Positions 63,681 through 64,000 of a stretch of 64,000 nucleotides of DNA are shown here, in pieces. The notes below the pieces were generated by a model. That model saw nothing but the letters and a program-made list of their open reading frames with translations, made no database searches and was not told the DNA's origin. Made by a program: the position numbers and the translations under genes. Each line of letters begins with the position of its first letter. Position 1 is the stretch's first letter. This stretch comes from Octopus bimaculoides (taxonomy: Eukaryota). The stretch lies in contig NC_068992.1 in the NCBI RefSeq assembly GCF_001194135.2, positions 9,750,873 to 9,814,872 of the forward strand, in the 5' to 3' direction.

Positions 63681-63816
63681 GTATGAATACGTTTGTTTGA
63701 ATTGAATTTCCACTTACATGAGCACGTTTGTTTGAAATGAGGTTTCACTTATATGAACACGTTTGTTTGAAATAAGGTTTCATTTGTATGAATACGCTTG
63801 AATTGAACTTCCATTT
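63681..63816. repeat. 35-bp minisatellite, ~4 diverged copies
   Basis: Units (r)tatgaayacgtttgtttgaa... start at 63681, 63716, 63751 and 63786. Confidence 0.85.
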
Positions 63817-63949
63817 GTATGTGTACATTTCCACTGTGTTACAATAAATCTTTTGTTGAAGACATTGTGATCTCCTGTGTCCGTCGTAGTTATCCATTGC
63901 TAACGAATTAAGCATAACATTTTAGTCGTCCCTCAAAAGGACACTCTAA

Positions 63950-64000
<51 letters not shown>

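Overview
AT-rich, repeat-saturated animal genomic DNA from a draft assembly with about 15 N-gaps. The SINE, RTE and microsatellite repertoire is most consistent with an octopod cephalopod (Octopus-like); that is my inference, not a database result. I found no intact protein-coding gene, rRNA, tRNA gene or CRISPR array. Almost all ORFs in the supplied track are microsatellite, gap or antisense-TE artefacts. What the sequence supports is: (i) at least six SINE-like families, labelled A-H informally here; (ii) decayed non-LTR retroelements (I-clade ORF1 and RT, several RTE pieces, an R4/Dong-type REL-endonuclease 3' end, a possible Penelope-like N-terminus); (iii) DNA-transposon relics (hAT Buster/Charlie transposase, Tc1 DD34E, an internally deleted maT DD37D element with both TIRs, mariner, hAT and Mutator-type MITEs, a Helentron-type HINE); (iv) many simple and compound repeats; (v) a few unassigned candidate exons. 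The most notable structures are a 256-bp Mutator-like fold-back MITE with a perfect 9-bp TSD nested in a chimeric SINE, variable hairpin arrays in the RTE-tail family that coincide with assembly gaps, nearby inverted SINE pairs that could form dsRNA, an E-box cluster, a 185-bp direct-repeat pair, and an apparent CpG-poor to CpG-rich shift at about 44 kb. I could not establish a wholly new biological system from the sequence alone. Motif comparisons are from memory of family consensus sequences and element boundaries are approximate.
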